64,000 nucleotides of DNA from NCBI GenBank assembly GCA_965216565.1, contig OZ244170.1, positions 4,864,001 through 4,928,000 on the forward strand. The letters are read 5' to 3'. The stretch comes from Bythopirellula sp. Its GTDB lineage: Bacteria > Planctomycetota > Planctomycetia > Pirellulales > Lacipirellulaceae. Below, piece after piece: positions 46,912 through 57,785 of the stretch; position 1 is the first letter of the stretch; every line of letters starts with the position of its first letter. The position numbers were made by a program, and so were the translations under genes. A model generated the notes under the pieces. That model ran no database searches and was not told where the DNA came from. It saw only the letters and a program-made list of their open reading frames with translations.

Positions 46912-48495
46912 TTAATGTCTGAAATGCCGTTGCCCGGTGAAGATCATGGGCAGGCCATGCTTGTTGCAAGCAGCGATCACTTCGTCGTCGCGACGCGAGC
47001 CACCGGGCTGAATCACTGCCACGATACCGGCCTCGGCCGCCAGGTGAATGGAATCGTCAAAGGGGAAGAAGGCATCGGAGGCAAGCACGGCCCCCTGGGT
47101 ACGCTCGCCCGCTTTCTCGATTGCAATATTCACCGCATCGACTCGGCTCATTTGTCCAGCTCCTACGCCAACCAAGGCACAGTCGCTGGCGAGCACGATG
47201 GCATTCGACTTCACATGGCGACATGCAGCCCAGGCAAATTCTAGGTCGGCCGACAGCGTGTCGGAAGGCTTGGCCTCGGTGACTACTTGCCAGTCACCGC
47301 GGTCCTCGTCTTTGTCGTCGGCCGATTGGCACAACATGCCCCCGTCGATTTGGCGGTACTGGTTCGTCCCTTGGCCGGGCGAAAGCTGCCCAACCCGCAG
47401 CAGCCGGACGTTCGCTTTCCACTTGGGTTTTGTGGTGAGAACTTCCAGGCCCTCGGGCGTGAAGTCGGGGGCCACGATGGCCTCGACAAATCGGCCTGGT
47501 TCGGCCAATAGCTCGGCAAGCGGACCATCCACAGGTACGTTGACGCCGAGGACCGAGCCGAACGCACTTACCGGGTCGCCCTCCCAAGCCTTGCGACCTG
47601 CTTCGACCAAAGTGTCGGCCGTGGCGGCTCCGCAAGGATTATTGTGTTTCAAGACAGCCACTGCCGGCGAGGGCAACGAACGGGCGATGGCCAAAGCAGC
47701 ATCGAGATCAAGCAGATTATTGTAAGACAGTTCTTTGCCATTAAGCTGCTCGGCGTGAACCAAACTTTTAGAATCGGCATCGGCAAACGTGTACAGAGCT
47801 GCCGCTTGGTGAGGATTCTCTCCATACCTTAGGGTAGACTTCCGCTCCAGTTGGAGAGAAATCGCAGCGGGAAACTCATCACCCTTAGTCGCGGCATCGG
47901 CGTTCACATGCTGTGTGAAATAGCGGGCGATGGCGGCATCGTACTCCGCAGTGCGACGAAAGGCGGCTCCTGCCAATTGTTTTCTAGTGGTGAGTGTCGT
48001 CGCGCCTTCGGCCTCGATTTCAGCTTGGACTTGTTCGTATTGCGAAGGATCGGTAACGATCGTAACGAATTCGTGATTCTTCGCCGCAGAGCGAACCATC
48101 GAGGGGCCGCCAATGTCGATTTGCTCGATCGCCTCGGGAATTGTGACCTCCGGCTGGGCCACTGTCTCTTCGAACGGATAGAGATTTACCACCACGAGGT
48201 CGAGCATCTCGATACCATGCTCTTCTGCGGACGCCGTGTGCTGCGGATTGTCGCGTCGGCAGAGTAGCCCGCCATGCACTTTCGGATGCAGCGTCTTCAC
48301 GCGACCATCCATCATCTCTGGGAAACCGGTGTAGTCGGCAATATCGCAGACCTCGATGCCCGCTTGTTGAAGATGCTTGCTGGTGCCACCGGTGCTGTAG
48401 ATGGTGATGCCAGCGGTGGCCAGGGCTTTGCCAAATTCAGCCAGCCCCGACTTATCACTGACGCTGATTAAGGCTCGTTTGATTGTGGTAGGCAA
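46912..48495 (-). CDS. purH: Bifunctional AICAR transformylase/IMP cyclohydrolase
   Basis: [45 protein letters not shown]. Confidence 0.98.
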   Translation of the reverse strand: MPTTIKRALISVSDKSGLAEFGKALATAGITIYSTGGTSKHLQQAGIEVCDIADYTGFPEMMDGRVKTLHPKVHGGLLCRRDNPQHTASAEEHGIEMLDLVVVNLYPFEETVAQPEVTIPEAIEQIDIGGPSMVRSAAKNHEFVTIVTDPSQYEQVQAEIEAEGATTLTTRKQLAGAAFRRTAEYDAAIARYFTQHVNADAATKGDEFPAAISLQLERKSTLRYGENPHQAAALYTFADADSKSLVHAEQLNGKELSYNNLLDLDAALAIARSLPSPAVAVLKHNNPCGAATADTLVEAGRKAWEGDPVSAFGSVLGVNVPVDGPLAELLAEPGRFVEAIVAPDFTPEGLEVLTTKPKWKANVRLLRVGQLSPGQGTNQYRQIDGGMLCQSADDKDEDRGDWQVVTEAKPSDTLSADLEFAWAACRHVKSNAIVLASDCALVGVGAGQMSRVDAVNIAIEKAGERTQGAVLASDAFFPFDDSIHLAAEAGIVAVIQPGGSRRDDEVIAACNKHGLPMIFTGQRHFRH

Positions 48496-48599
48496 GGTAC
48501 TTTTTCATAGGTGGGTAGCGGAAAGACGAACTCCTTCCAGCAACGATAACAAGTCTGCTAAGTACTGGGAATGAGTGAGTGTCATCGAACGCAATTATC

Positions 48600-48757
48600 T
48601 GAACCGTCGGCGCTAGCCAAGGGTTACTTCTAAGACCGTCCACACGAAAACGCTCCGTTCAAATGTGGCAGTGTCGGCGGGCAGATCGAGGCGGCGTCGG
48701 ATAACTAAGTTGCAATAATCGAGCCCGAATTACCCGCGGCTAGCGCCGTCGGCTCAC
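48600..48757. repeat. Second REP-like inverted pair of the same family as 44165-44298
   Basis: TGAACCGTCGGCGCTAGCCAAGGGT ... TACCCGCGGCTAGCGCCGTCGGCTCAC. Confidence 0.72.
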
Positions 48758-49240
48758 AGATTAAGCCTGTTTTTTCGCGCTGAATACGAACTCAAAATTG
48801 ATTCTTGCGTATAATACTGTTAAGTGCCCGGAACTACGATTTCCTGGGCTTATCAGCAGGATGCTCTCCTCCTCGAATCACTTGGTCTGGCTACCCGCTT
48901 CATGTGGCACAGCTACGACCACCGGAACAGTCGATACGAACGATTTTCGCGCTGGATCCGATCGAAAACTTGCGACCGATTCCCGAGGCTAATCATAGCG
49001 CCGGATGTGACGATCGCAGGGGCCCCCTCTACAAAACTAGAGGAAAACACCCCAGCAAGTTTTTTGACGGGTCCCAAATGGTGTCCTATATTCAATTTGG
49101 GTAGCAAAACAGACCCCGTTTGCTCCCAGTACGCACCAGGCGCGGTGACCCCTCGGCTCCCGGTGCGTATTCTCGCCGCTTTAAGCAGGCGCCACCAGCG
49201 CAAGCGACTCGAACCTCCCCACATACGTAGCGAGCATCAG

Positions 49241-50938
49241 ATGCAATCACGGGTCTCCGCGCGTCCTATTAAAACGTCGAGTCAAGCCGGCGCCCTCGTG
49301 GCTTGCCTGACGCTAGCGATGTTGTTTGGTCAGCTGACTAAACAGGCACATGCGCAATTCACCTCCGCGCCTTCAACCGAACAGGTTTCGATCTTTCCCG
49401 AACCTGCTGCCTTCGATGGCATCGACGACGTCTTGGCGAAGGGGCTGCAGCTTGAAACCAATAAGCGCTGGGGCGAAGCACTCACCCATTACGAAGACGC
49501 GCTCCGATTGCACCGTGAAAACGATTCCATCCGCAAGCGTCACGACATGGCTAAGCTGCACTACAGCTTAGAGCGACGCTACCACGACCGCAGTTTCCTG
49601 CGTTCGGTCTCTGCCCTGAACAAGCGGCAAGCGATGTCCCTGCTTTCTGAATTGTTACAGAAGACCAATAGCCACTACGTCAATACACCACCTTGGCGGC
49701 AGCTTGCAGTGCGGGGTGTTAATGCCATCGACGTGGCACTAAGAGACAGAGAGTTTATCTCCGCCAATCGGATTTCCGCTGCCTCGGGTCAAGTCGAGCA
49801 GATGCGGCGTCAAATGTCTCAGCTTTTGAGCCAACGACCCATTAAGAGTTCACGCGAACTTGTGCAGCTTGCCGACGATATTTCGCGGATCGGCGAGCAA
49901 CGCGTCAACCTGAAACCCGTGGCTACCTTGCTCGAGTTCATCACCGCTGCCGCCAATGGCTTGGACAACTATTCCTCGTATCTAACTTCCGATCAACTGC
50001 GAGAAGTTTATTCTCAAATTGAAGGCAACTTTGTTGGCTTGGGAGTGGAACTCAAAGCAGACAACGGAGCTTTGCTGATCGTTCACGTGATCCCGGGTAG
50101 CCCTGCCGAACGGGCAGGCATCCTATCCAAAGATCGAATCGTTGCCGTCGACGGCAACAGCACCGCGAAGATGTCGACCGATGAAGCCGCTTCCATGCTG
50201 ACCGGCGCGGAAGGCACTTGGGTGCGGGTCTCGGTTTACACCCCAGGCGAGCATCCGCGAGTACTCAACGTACGCCGCGAGCATGTAGAAGTACCGAGCT
50301 TGGAGAACGTGAAAATCGTTGACGAAGATTTTGGCATCGCCTACGTCCGCGTCCCTACATTCCAGAAAACTACCAGTCGCGATTTGGAAGCGGCCCTGTG
50401 GGACCTCCATCGCAAGGGCATGAAATCGCTGATCCTGGATTTACGCGGCAATCCGGGCGGCTTGTTGACTTCGTCTGTCGAAGTTGCAGACAAGTTTCTC
50501 ACTCAAGGAAATATTGTCTCCACGCGGGGCCGGAGCCCTCAGGAAGACTTTAACTACCAGGCACACTACGGCGGCACCTGGCGTGTTCCCTTGGTGGTAC
50601 TGATTGACAAAGATAGTGCCAGTGCCAGCGAGATCTTCGCTGCCGCCATCAAAGAGAATCATCGCGGCCAGATTGTTGGCGAAACCTCCTTCGGCAAGGG
50701 CTCAGTTCAAGGTATTTTCCCCCTTGGCTTTGCAGGGGCCGGCATCCGTCTGACCACTGCCAAGTTCTATTCACCGCACGGCAATCCGATTAGCAATCAC
50801 GGTGTTGATCCCGACGAGCAGCGTCACGTGGTTGCCCGACCCGTGGGGGCGAATGTCGCAAATCTCTCCAATGATGCAGACGACGACATCCTGCAACGCG
50901 GTATTGAGGCTGCTCGCAGCCGAATTGCAGCCCGCTAA
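49241..50938 (+). CDS. S41 carboxy-terminal processing protease with PDZ domain
   Basis: GLGVE..GSPAERAG (PDZ), DLRGNPGG, SASASEI, GETSFGKGSVQ. The probable start is ATG 49241. Confidence 0.93.
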   Translation: MQSRVSARPIKTSSQAGALVACLTLAMLFGQLTKQAHAQFTSAPSTEQVSIFPEPAAFDGIDDVLAKGLQLETNKRWGEALTHYEDALRLHRENDSIRKRHDMAKLHYSLERRYHDRSFLRSVSALNKRQAMSLLSELLQKTNSHYVNTPPWRQLAVRGVNAIDVALRDREFISANRISAASGQVEQMRRQMSQLLSQRPIKSSRELVQLADDISRIGEQRVNLKPVATLLEFITAAANGLDNYSSYLTSDQLREVYSQIEGNFVGLGVELKADNGALLIVHVIPGSPAERAGILSKDRIVAVDGNSTAKMSTDEAASMLTGAEGTWVRVSVYTPGEHPRVLNVRREHVEVPSLENVKIVDEDFGIAYVRVPTFQKTTSRDLEAALWDLHRKGMKSLILDLRGNPGGLLTSSVEVADKFLTQGNIVSTRGRSPQEDFNYQAHYGGTWRVPLVVLIDKDSASASEIFAAAIKENHRGQIVGETSFGKGSVQGIFPLGFAGAGIRLTTAKFYSPHGNPISNHGVDPDEQRHVVARPVGANVANLSNDADDDILQRGIEAARSRIAAR

Positions 50939-51109
50939 TTAGGTGCTTTGGCCTCCCGTTGACGAGCCAGTTGGGAACGTCGATACTAGGGGCCTAGGCT
51001 TTTCAGCTTCATCGAAGCCTGAAAGCCTGATTCTCTCCCTGGGGGCGTGGTCTCCCAGATTCCGCTGCTATTGTCTGCCTCAACGAGTGAGGCGCGAACG
51101 GGAGGCCCC

Positions 51110-51586
51110 ATGGCCTACGACGAAGAAGAAGATTTATTTGACCAAGAGTTCGACTTTGTGGACGATGACGATTCCGATTTGGAAGACGGCGAGACTGCCG
51201 ATGCCAACGACGATTCGTCCGACATAGAACCCGAACCTGAAGTCGAGCCCAAGAAGCGTCCCCCCCGTAAGAAACGTGGCGGTTCGAAATCTAAATCGGA
51301 AAACCGCAACAGCAAGCGCAAGCCTAAGCCTGCGGCTTCAGAAGACGAGTCTGAGTCTAGCGAGGAATCCTCTGAAGAAGAGGAGAAACCCGCCAAAGAT
51401 CCCGGTCCGCCTGCCGACCACGTAGTTTTCGTCTATGAGCATGGCGACTACAAGCGTACTATCCAGCGCGAATTTACTGACGAAGACGCAATCAAGTTTT
51501 CCGAGGAATACAATCGCACCGCCAAGGCCCACGGCCGGCGTGCCGTTCCCGCTGAGCGCGACGAAGAGCCTGAGCCGCATTTGTAG
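51110..51586 (+). CDS. Hypothetical acidic/basic low-complexity protein with a small folded C-terminal domain
   Basis: SD GGAGG before ATG 51110; D/E blocks alternate with a K/R block. Confidence 0.8.
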   Translation: MAYDEEEDLFDQEFDFVDDDDSDLEDGETADANDDSSDIEPEPEVEPKKRPPRKKRGGSKSKSENRNSKRKPKPAASEDESESSEESSEEEEKPAKDPGPPADHVVFVYEHGDYKRTIQREFTDEDAIKFSEEYNRTAKAHGRRAVPAERDEEPEPHL

Positions 51587-52006
51587 GGATGACTCTAACA
51601 GCGACGCCTACCTTGTGCCTGGGCCTCCTGGTCACAGATGGCGCCCCCTTCTTCTGAACATCCATCGGGTCCTTGCCTGGTTCCTGCTGCATTTTGCAGT
51701 GGCCGCGTGGAACCAATTTGCCAATAAAACCGTCTCAACCTGTATAATGCCGTGGTGAGAGAGGGACCTCGAAGATTGAGTTTTTTTTGGCTGGAAGTCG
51801 CGACTGGCAAGGCCGTCGCAATCGGCCCGCATGACTAAGAAAACCCGCGGGATAAGGGCCGATGATACTTTTCTGCGCGCTGTACGTGGTACGTTCCTAA
51901 TGGCCTCTTTGAGGTACACAATTACGGTATCCAACATTCAGCGGCCAGCTCGGCCGACTTCCTGACCGAACAGACTCGTGACGACGAGCCATTTCGAGGT
52001 GACATA

Positions 52007-53533
52007 ATGCGTAGCATGAAATTCTTTCCCGCCCTCATTCTCAGCCTGCTCTGTCTGTCTCTTCTTCAGACTACCAGCCAGGGACAGGTGACCCGAGATC
52101 CTGCAGTGCAAGCAGCCTACGATGAAGGAATGCAACTGCTGGAGGCTGAGGAATACGAAGCGGCCATTGAGAAATTCAACGAAGCCACGCAGATCGACGA
52201 TACCTTTGCCGAAGCGTACTTAGGTGCCGGCGATGCACTCCGAGCGTTGGAAGATTACCAAGCGGCGCTCCAATCCTACACCAAGGCCCGTGACCGGAAT
52301 CAGCAATTGGCTCGCGTCCACTTTGGACTGGGCATGTGTCATAAGGAACTAGGCCAATACGACCTGGCAGTGAACGACTTTTCCAACGCGGTCGACTTGG
52401 ATCGTCGCGATCCCGAGATTTTGGCTGAATTTGGGAAGATCTACTTGGAAGTCGGAAACCCTAGCAGCGCACTTAAGACGCTGGAGAATGCCGTCGAGCT
52501 AGATGACACCAATGCCGAGGCGTTCCGCGACCTTGGCTGGGCTCACACTCAGTTGGGGCAAACTGACGAAGCAATTGTGCAATTCGAGAAGTCGATTGAA
52601 CTCGATCCGAAGGATCACGAAACACACTATCGCCTGGCCAATTTAAGAATCTATTTGGAAGAGTATCCTGAGGCCATTGAGGCACTTACCGATACGATCG
52701 AGAGTTACGAGCCTGAAGAGCCCTCGGATCCCAACGATTTTATTAGTGGCTATCTAATCCGAGCCGATACCCGCCTAAGACTGGCTGGGGAAGAGGACAC
52801 TTCTGCGGAAGAGCGGGAGCAACTCTTCGAAAAAGTGCTGGAAGATACAGCCTTCATTCTTGATGAATATTCGGATCGAGATGCTGAAGTCGGCAATGCC
52901 CTGTACTTTCAAGGGACGGCATTGCGAATGCTGATGCGGTATGGTGAAGCGATCAAAGCACTAACCGAGGCAATTCAAATCGCCCCGGGCGGTTCAGCCG
53001 CTTACGTGGGCGAGGCTTTTCTGAAGCGAGGCATCTGCTGGTTGAAGCAGGGAGAACCCGATCTAGCGCGGCGAGATTTTGAACAAGCCGCGGCACTGAA
53101 CTACGAAGATCCGCTTCCTTACCTCTGGATTGGCTTCACGCACGCCTACGAAGAAGACTATCGAAAAGCGATCGAGAGCTATGGCGAGGCCGTGGCGAAA
53201 AACTCGCGGCAGACTTCAGCTTTTGTGAACCGTGGACTGGCCTACATGCAGGAGGAAGGATACAAGAAAGCGGTCGAAAACTTCAACGAAGCGATTCGTT
53301 TGGAGCCCAACGAAAGCGAACATTTCTACAAGCGTGGAATCGCCTACATGTGGCTAGAGGATTACGAAAAGGCATTCAGCTCATTCGAACTGGCCGTGCT
53401 GTATGACGACAAGAGCGAAAAGGCATTCCGAGCTGGCGCGCGTGCGTTGCGAGCATTAGATCGCGGAAGTCTTGCTGACGAATACGAAAGCCGCGCCAGC
53501 AGCCTGGAATCGCAGCCAGAATCCTCTTCCTAG
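52007..53533 (+). CDS. Secreted tetratricopeptide-repeat protein
   Basis: Signal peptide followed by repeated ~34-aa TPR patterns. Confidence 0.92.
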   Translation: MRSMKFFPALILSLLCLSLLQTTSQGQVTRDPAVQAAYDEGMQLLEAEEYEAAIEKFNEATQIDDTFAEAYLGAGDALRALEDYQAALQSYTKARDRNQQLARVHFGLGMCHKELGQYDLAVNDFSNAVDLDRRDPEILAEFGKIYLEVGNPSSALKTLENAVELDDTNAEAFRDLGWAHTQLGQTDEAIVQFEKSIELDPKDHETHYRLANLRIYLEEYPEAIEALTDTIESYEPEEPSDPNDFISGYLIRADTRLRLAGEEDTSAEEREQLFEKVLEDTAFILDEYSDRDAEVGNALYFQGTALRMLMRYGEAIKALTEAIQIAPGGSAAYVGEAFLKRGICWLKQGEPDLARRDFEQAAALNYEDPLPYLWIGFTHAYEEDYRKAIESYGEAVAKNSRQTSAFVNRGLAYMQEEGYKKAVENFNEAIRLEPNESEHFYKRGIAYMWLEDYEKAFSSFELAVLYDDKSEKAFRAGARALRALDRGSLADEYESRASSLESQPESSS

Positions 53534-53689
53534 TAGTTCTACTGCGGATCGAATCAATAAGGCTGATGTTTTGCACTGTGCAAACATCAGCCTTTTTACG
53601 TTGGCCAGCTGCGGAAAGAGGACGCCACCGCTCGCCCGGTTGATCCGCGCATGGTATCCTAGGGCGATTCTATATTGGAGGATTGAGCC

Positions 53690-54175
53690 ACGAGTAAAAA
53701 GAACAAACCTAAGGCCGACGAAGATAAGAACGAACGCGTGATTGCCAACAATCGCAAGGCGCGTCACGATTATCACGTGCTGGAAACGCTCGAGTGTGGG
53801 ATTGTGCTCACCGGTAGCGAGGTGAAGAGCCTGCGCAATGGATTGCTCTCGATGGAAGAGGCCTATGCACGCGTCCAAGAAGACGAAGTGTGGCTCCTAG
53901 GGTGCAATATTCAGGAGTATTCTCACGCTCATCAGTTGAACCACGTCCCCAAAAGGCGACGGAAACTATTGCTGCACCGCCGCGAGATTCGCAAGTTTGC
54001 CGCGCAGGCCTACGAGAAGAATTTAACCCTCGTCCCGCTCAAGATGTATTTCAAGCGAGGCAGGGCGAAAGTTCTTTTAGGAGTTTGCAAGGGCAAGAAA
54101 CAATACGACAAGCGAGAGTCGCTGAAGAAGAAAGATATGCAACGCGACATCGATCGTGCTGTCAGGCGAGGATAG
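53690..54175 (+). CDS. smpB: SsrA-binding protein SmpB (apparent ACG start at 53690; first canonical start is GTG 53738)
   Basis: IANNRKARHDY, GIVLTGSEVKSLR, RKLLLHRREI, GKKQYDKRE. Confidence 0.96.
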   Translation, partial: TSKKNKPKADEDKNERVIANNRKARHDYHVLETLECGIVLTGSEVKSLRNGLLSMEEAYARVQEDEVWLLGCNIQEYSHAHQLNHVPKRRRKLLLHRREIRKFAAQAYEKNLTLVPLKMYFKRGRAKVLLGVCKGKKQYDKRESLKKKDMQRDIDRAVRRG

Positions 54176-54180
54176 CTGAG

Positions 54181-55440
54181 TTAAGCGTCCGCACTCACCA
54201 TGAGGGCTACTGATTGCCCCGTAATCTTTTGGCTCAATCCCAAGATGGCGGGTGAGCGGGCAATTTGGTTGGAGGTAACGACGTTCACGGGGCACTCCGG
54301 ATCGGGTTCCGAATAGTTTAGCGTTGCGGGTACCAGGTTTTTCTCCATAGCCAGCATGCTGATCGCCAATTCTACGGCACCGCCGGCCGCCCCAATATTG
54401 CCTACCAGGCTCTTGGGGGCGGTGACTGGTACATCGCCGAGGATTTGGTTGATTGCCTGGGCCTCGACGGCATCTTCCAGTTTGGTTCCTATGCCGTGTG
54501 CATTAACATGGCCCAGTTCCGCGTCCGAGACATGGCTCATTCGCAGTGCCGTTTCAATAGCGTTGCGCGTTGCCTGTCCAGTTGGTTTTCGAGAAACCGC
54601 CGCGCTTTCAGCACTTCTGCCGTATCCTAAGACCCGCCCCAGAATCTTAGCACCTCGACTCTCGGCGTGAGATCGACTCTCGAGAACGAATGTCGCCGCC
54701 CCCTCGCTGTTTGCCGAACCGTCACGTCGCGCGTCAAATGGTCGACATGCCTCGGCAGGGTTGTCGATGTTCTTCGAAATTCTCGAACCCTGATGCCACA
54801 TCAGATCGATCCAGGAGAGCATCGTGCTCGAGGCACCGGTGAGCATCACATCGGCGTGCCCGCGATTGATGACATCCGTCGCTTCGATCATCGCCAGCAA
54901 TCCAGAAACGTCTCCCTCAATGATGGAGTTATTTGGGCCCCGCGCATCTTTGTAGATTCCAACATGGCAGGCGGCCATGTTGGGTAGATACTTGAGCATC
55001 CACAGTGGATAGAGCTCCCGCATTCCATCTCCCCAACGGGAGAAATCAAATTTGCCTTTCGGGCTCGCCTTTTGATAGAGGGGGCTCAGTTCATTGAGAT
55101 CCGAGCGATAGACATTGGCACCTGCCACCACACCCAGCCGCTCGGGGTCGACCGAGTTGTCCTCCAAAACAGCATCCTGCCAAGCCAATTCTGCGCTGGC
55201 AAAGGCCAGCTGAATTTCACGGGTCATCACCTTCAGGCTTTTCCGCGGCTTCACAAACTGCTTGGGCTCAAAGTTGGGGATTTCTCCGCCAAACGGGTAG
55301 GGGTAGCCCGCCTCTTCTAACCAGGGGATTCTGCGAATTCCGCTGTCCCCTCTGTCGATCGCCGTGCATACAGCCTCGCGGCCCACTCCCAGTGGGCAGA
55401 CGATTCCAATCCCAGTGATAACCACTTCTTGCACAGCCAC
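54181..55440 (-). CDS. Beta-ketoacyl synthase (FabF-like) homologue lacking the catalytic Cys
   Basis: VVITGIG, PNMAACH, RPFDARRDG, NAHGIGT; the Cys site reads EGDVSG and the second His site reads KSLVGN. Confidence 0.9.
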   Translation of the reverse strand: MAVQEVVITGIGIVCPLGVGREAVCTAIDRGDSGIRRIPWLEEAGYPYPFGGEIPNFEPKQFVKPRKSLKVMTREIQLAFASAELAWQDAVLEDNSVDPERLGVVAGANVYRSDLNELSPLYQKASPKGKFDFSRWGDGMRELYPLWMLKYLPNMAACHVGIYKDARGPNNSIIEGDVSGLLAMIEATDVINRGHADVMLTGASSTMLSWIDLMWHQGSRISKNIDNPAEACRPFDARRDGSANSEGAATFVLESRSHAESRGAKILGRVLGYGRSAESAAVSRKPTGQATRNAIETALRMSHVSDAELGHVNAHGIGTKLEDAVEAQAINQILGDVPVTAPKSLVGNIGAAGGAVELAISMLAMEKNLVPATLNYSEPDPECPVNVVTSNQIARSPAILGLSQKITGQSVALMVSADA

Positions 55441-55720
55441 TATCCACTCAGATAGGAGGACCCAGGGATTCCGATGAACGATTCGCCCGGGCGGTAGTTT
55501 GCGGATGACTTAATGTCGAAGAACCTCAGTTTATCTCGCCAATAGCAGAGCAACAAGCAGCGACCTCGAGACTCGGTGACCTAGCCTCACATACGTGACC
55601 GAGATACACTTAAGGTTCCCAGAAACACCAACTCCGAACCCACCGATACAGTTTGCCGAAATCTCAAAGTCGGTCTCTCTCATCGAGCCTCGAGATTCGA
55701 ATACTGTAGCGAGAAATCCC

Positions 55721-56839
55721 GTGTCGCAAGTCGCAGAAGATATCACAGAAGCACAGGAAGCAGCCGCCGGGGGCTTTTCTCTTTCAGAAGCCCGGACGAT
55801 CGTGGGCAACTTTTTCCGTCCCAATCCTTGGATCTACTGGACCGACTTTCTTACCAGTTGGACGGTTGGCGTCGCCACATTCGGCCTGGCCGCTTCGCCC
55901 CATGTGCTCACCACAGTCAGCGCCTGGCACTGGCCGATCCGGATTGTCTGCTTCGTTGTCTCATCGCTCCTTTATTATCGATGTTCTTTATTTATCCACG
56001 AACTGGTTCATATTCGCGCAGGTGAATTTCGCGCATTCAGATTTGTGTGGAACATGCTCTGCGGGATTCCATTCCTAGTACCCTCCTTTGTGTATTACAC
56101 GCACCTCGACCATCATCGACGCAAGCACTACGGCACCGAAGGGGATGGCGAATATATCCCGCTGGCCAATCTGCCCGCGTGGCAAATTCTAGTTTACCTC
56201 TCTCAAATATTAGTGATCCCAATTGTGGCTGTGGTCCGTTTCGGAGTGCTCACGCCGCTCAGTTGGGTGAGCGGAACGGTCCGCGACTGGGTCCACAAAC
56301 ATGTCTCGTCCATGATTATGGACCCCATGTATGTGCGGCCTTTACCGACCAAACGCACGCGGCAAATTATGCGACTGCAGGAGTTCTTCTGCTTTCTATG
56401 GATTTGGTTTATCGCCATCAGGCTGACAACTTCCTTTGGGCTGTTTTTCAAAGAACCCATGCCGCTGACGTTTCTGTTGCATGCTTATCTCACTGGGGTG
56501 TTCATTTTGACGATCAATGCGATCCGCACGCTGGGAGCCCATCGCTGGACCAATCCCGATGGCGAGCAAATGACGTTTGTCGAGCAAATGCTCGATTCGG
56601 TCAACTATCCAAAGAATCCTTTTATTGGGGGTCTGTGGGCACCAGTGGGATTGCGTTTCCATGCCCTACACCACATCTTCCCGACGATGCCCTACCATGC
56701 CCTGGCAACAGCTCATCGGCGGCTGATGCGCGAGTTGCCAGCAGACTCGCCCTATCGTCGCTGCAACGCGGATTCCTTGGCCGATGTGATTGGAACCCTG
56801 TGGCGCCGTGCCCGAGCTAGTGGATCCCGATCCGATTAG
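55721..56839 (+). CDS. Membrane fatty acid desaturase-family protein
   Basis: His boxes HELVH, HLDHH and HALHH with TM segments. The probable start is GTG 55721. Confidence 0.9.
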   Translation: MSQVAEDITEAQEAAAGGFSLSEARTIVGNFFRPNPWIYWTDFLTSWTVGVATFGLAASPHVLTTVSAWHWPIRIVCFVVSSLLYYRCSLFIHELVHIRAGEFRAFRFVWNMLCGIPFLVPSFVYYTHLDHHRRKHYGTEGDGEYIPLANLPAWQILVYLSQILVIPIVAVVRFGVLTPLSWVSGTVRDWVHKHVSSMIMDPMYVRPLPTKRTRQIMRLQEFFCFLWIWFIAIRLTTSFGLFFKEPMPLTFLLHAYLTGVFILTINAIRTLGAHRWTNPDGEQMTFVEQMLDSVNYPKNPFIGGLWAPVGLRFHALHHIFPTMPYHALATAHRRLMRELPADSPYRRCNADSLADVIGTLWRRARASGSRSD

Positions 56840-56957
56840 TTGTACACCAAGAATTTGCCGACCCTTGGCAGCCCGACATGTAGTTCTATACTGAACGCTT
56901 TAGATGTTAGGTGACGCGCCTAGCCAATAACTCCCGTGTTTCGAAGGATATTCTCAC

Positions 56958-57785
56958 GTGGATCACGCATCGCAACCGTTCTTGGTTCGCCACGATTTTC
57001 TCATACGTCGCCTGCACTCTCTCTCTGGCCTGATCCCTGTGGGGGCTTATATGGTGGTGCATCTGACGGTGAATGCCAGCGTCGTCGAAAGCCCCGCGAC
57101 GTTTCAGAAGAACGTTTACCAAATCCATAGTCTAGGGGGACTACTGCCACTGGTGGAGTGGGCGTTTATCTTCCTGCCGATATTATTTCACGCCATTGTT
57201 GGCATGGTGATTGTTGCCGGCGGAATGCCGAATTCCAATCAATACCGCTACGGCCCCAACTATCGCTACACGCTCCAGCGGGCCACGGGCATGATCGCGT
57301 TTGTCTTCATCGTGTTACATGTGTTTCATATGCACGGTTGGTTTCATGCCGACGTGTGGCTGGAGAACGTGGTTCGGCCACTCGGCGGCGGCAAATTCAA
57401 GGCATTCAGCGCTGCCTCAACGGCTGGGGAAGCGTTGCAAGACATTACAATTCTGGCCTTCTACATCATCGGCATCTTGTCTTGCGTCTACCATCTCGCC
57501 AATGGCATGTGGACGATGGGAATCACCTGGGGTGTTTGGACAAGTCCCAAAGCGCAAGCATGGGCTTCGAAGTTTTGCACCGGCTTTGGCCTATTGTTAG
57601 CCGTCGTTAGCATGACCGCCCTGTTTGGCATGCGAGCCGTGGGCCAAGGCGACGCCCTCCAGCAGGCGATCGAAGTAGAAGATCAAATGTACGAACACAA
57701 AACCGCTTCCGGAGAACTATCCCCGAACGATCACAAACGGCGTGGGTCAAACCACGGCAATACAGAGGACAAAACGGACGAATAG
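56958..57785 (+). CDS. sdhC: Succinate dehydrogenase cytochrome b558 subunit (Bacillus-type)
   Basis: RRLHSLSGLIPVG, LQRATG, YHLANG..TWG; first gene of the sdh operon. Confidence 0.93.
   Translation: MDHASQPFLVRHDFLIRRLHSLSGLIPVGAYMVVHLTVNASVVESPATFQKNVYQIHSLGGLLPLVEWAFIFLPILFHAIVGMVIVAGGMPNSNQYRYGPNYRYTLQRATGMIAFVFIVLHVFHMHGWFHADVWLENVVRPLGGGKFKAFSAASTAGEALQDITILAFYIIGILSCVYHLANGMWTMGITWGVWTSPKAQAWASKFCTGFGLLLAVVSMTALFGMRAVGQGDALQQAIEVEDQMYEHKTASGELSPNDHKRRGSNHGNTEDKTDE

Noticed and set aside
47048..47725. 225-aa plus-strand ORF
   Set aside because: Antisense shadow of purH.
48496..48800. ZMP/ZTP (pfl) riboswitch expected upstream of purH
   Set aside because: The conserved GACUGGCG / GGGAG / CGCCUGGGC elements were not found; the region holds REP-like repeats instead.
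48824..49240. 139-aa N-terminal extension of the S41 protease
   Set aside because: It does not look like protein; the signal-like hydrophobic segment follows ATG 49241.
51795..51840. GTCGCGACTGGCAA hairpin resembling the 5' part of a ZTP riboswitch
   Set aside because: It lacks the GGGAG and 3' pseudoknot elements and precedes a TPR gene.
56047..56820. 257-aa ORF in an alternative frame
   Set aside because: It lies wholly within the desaturase, and its composition looks like off-frame translation.
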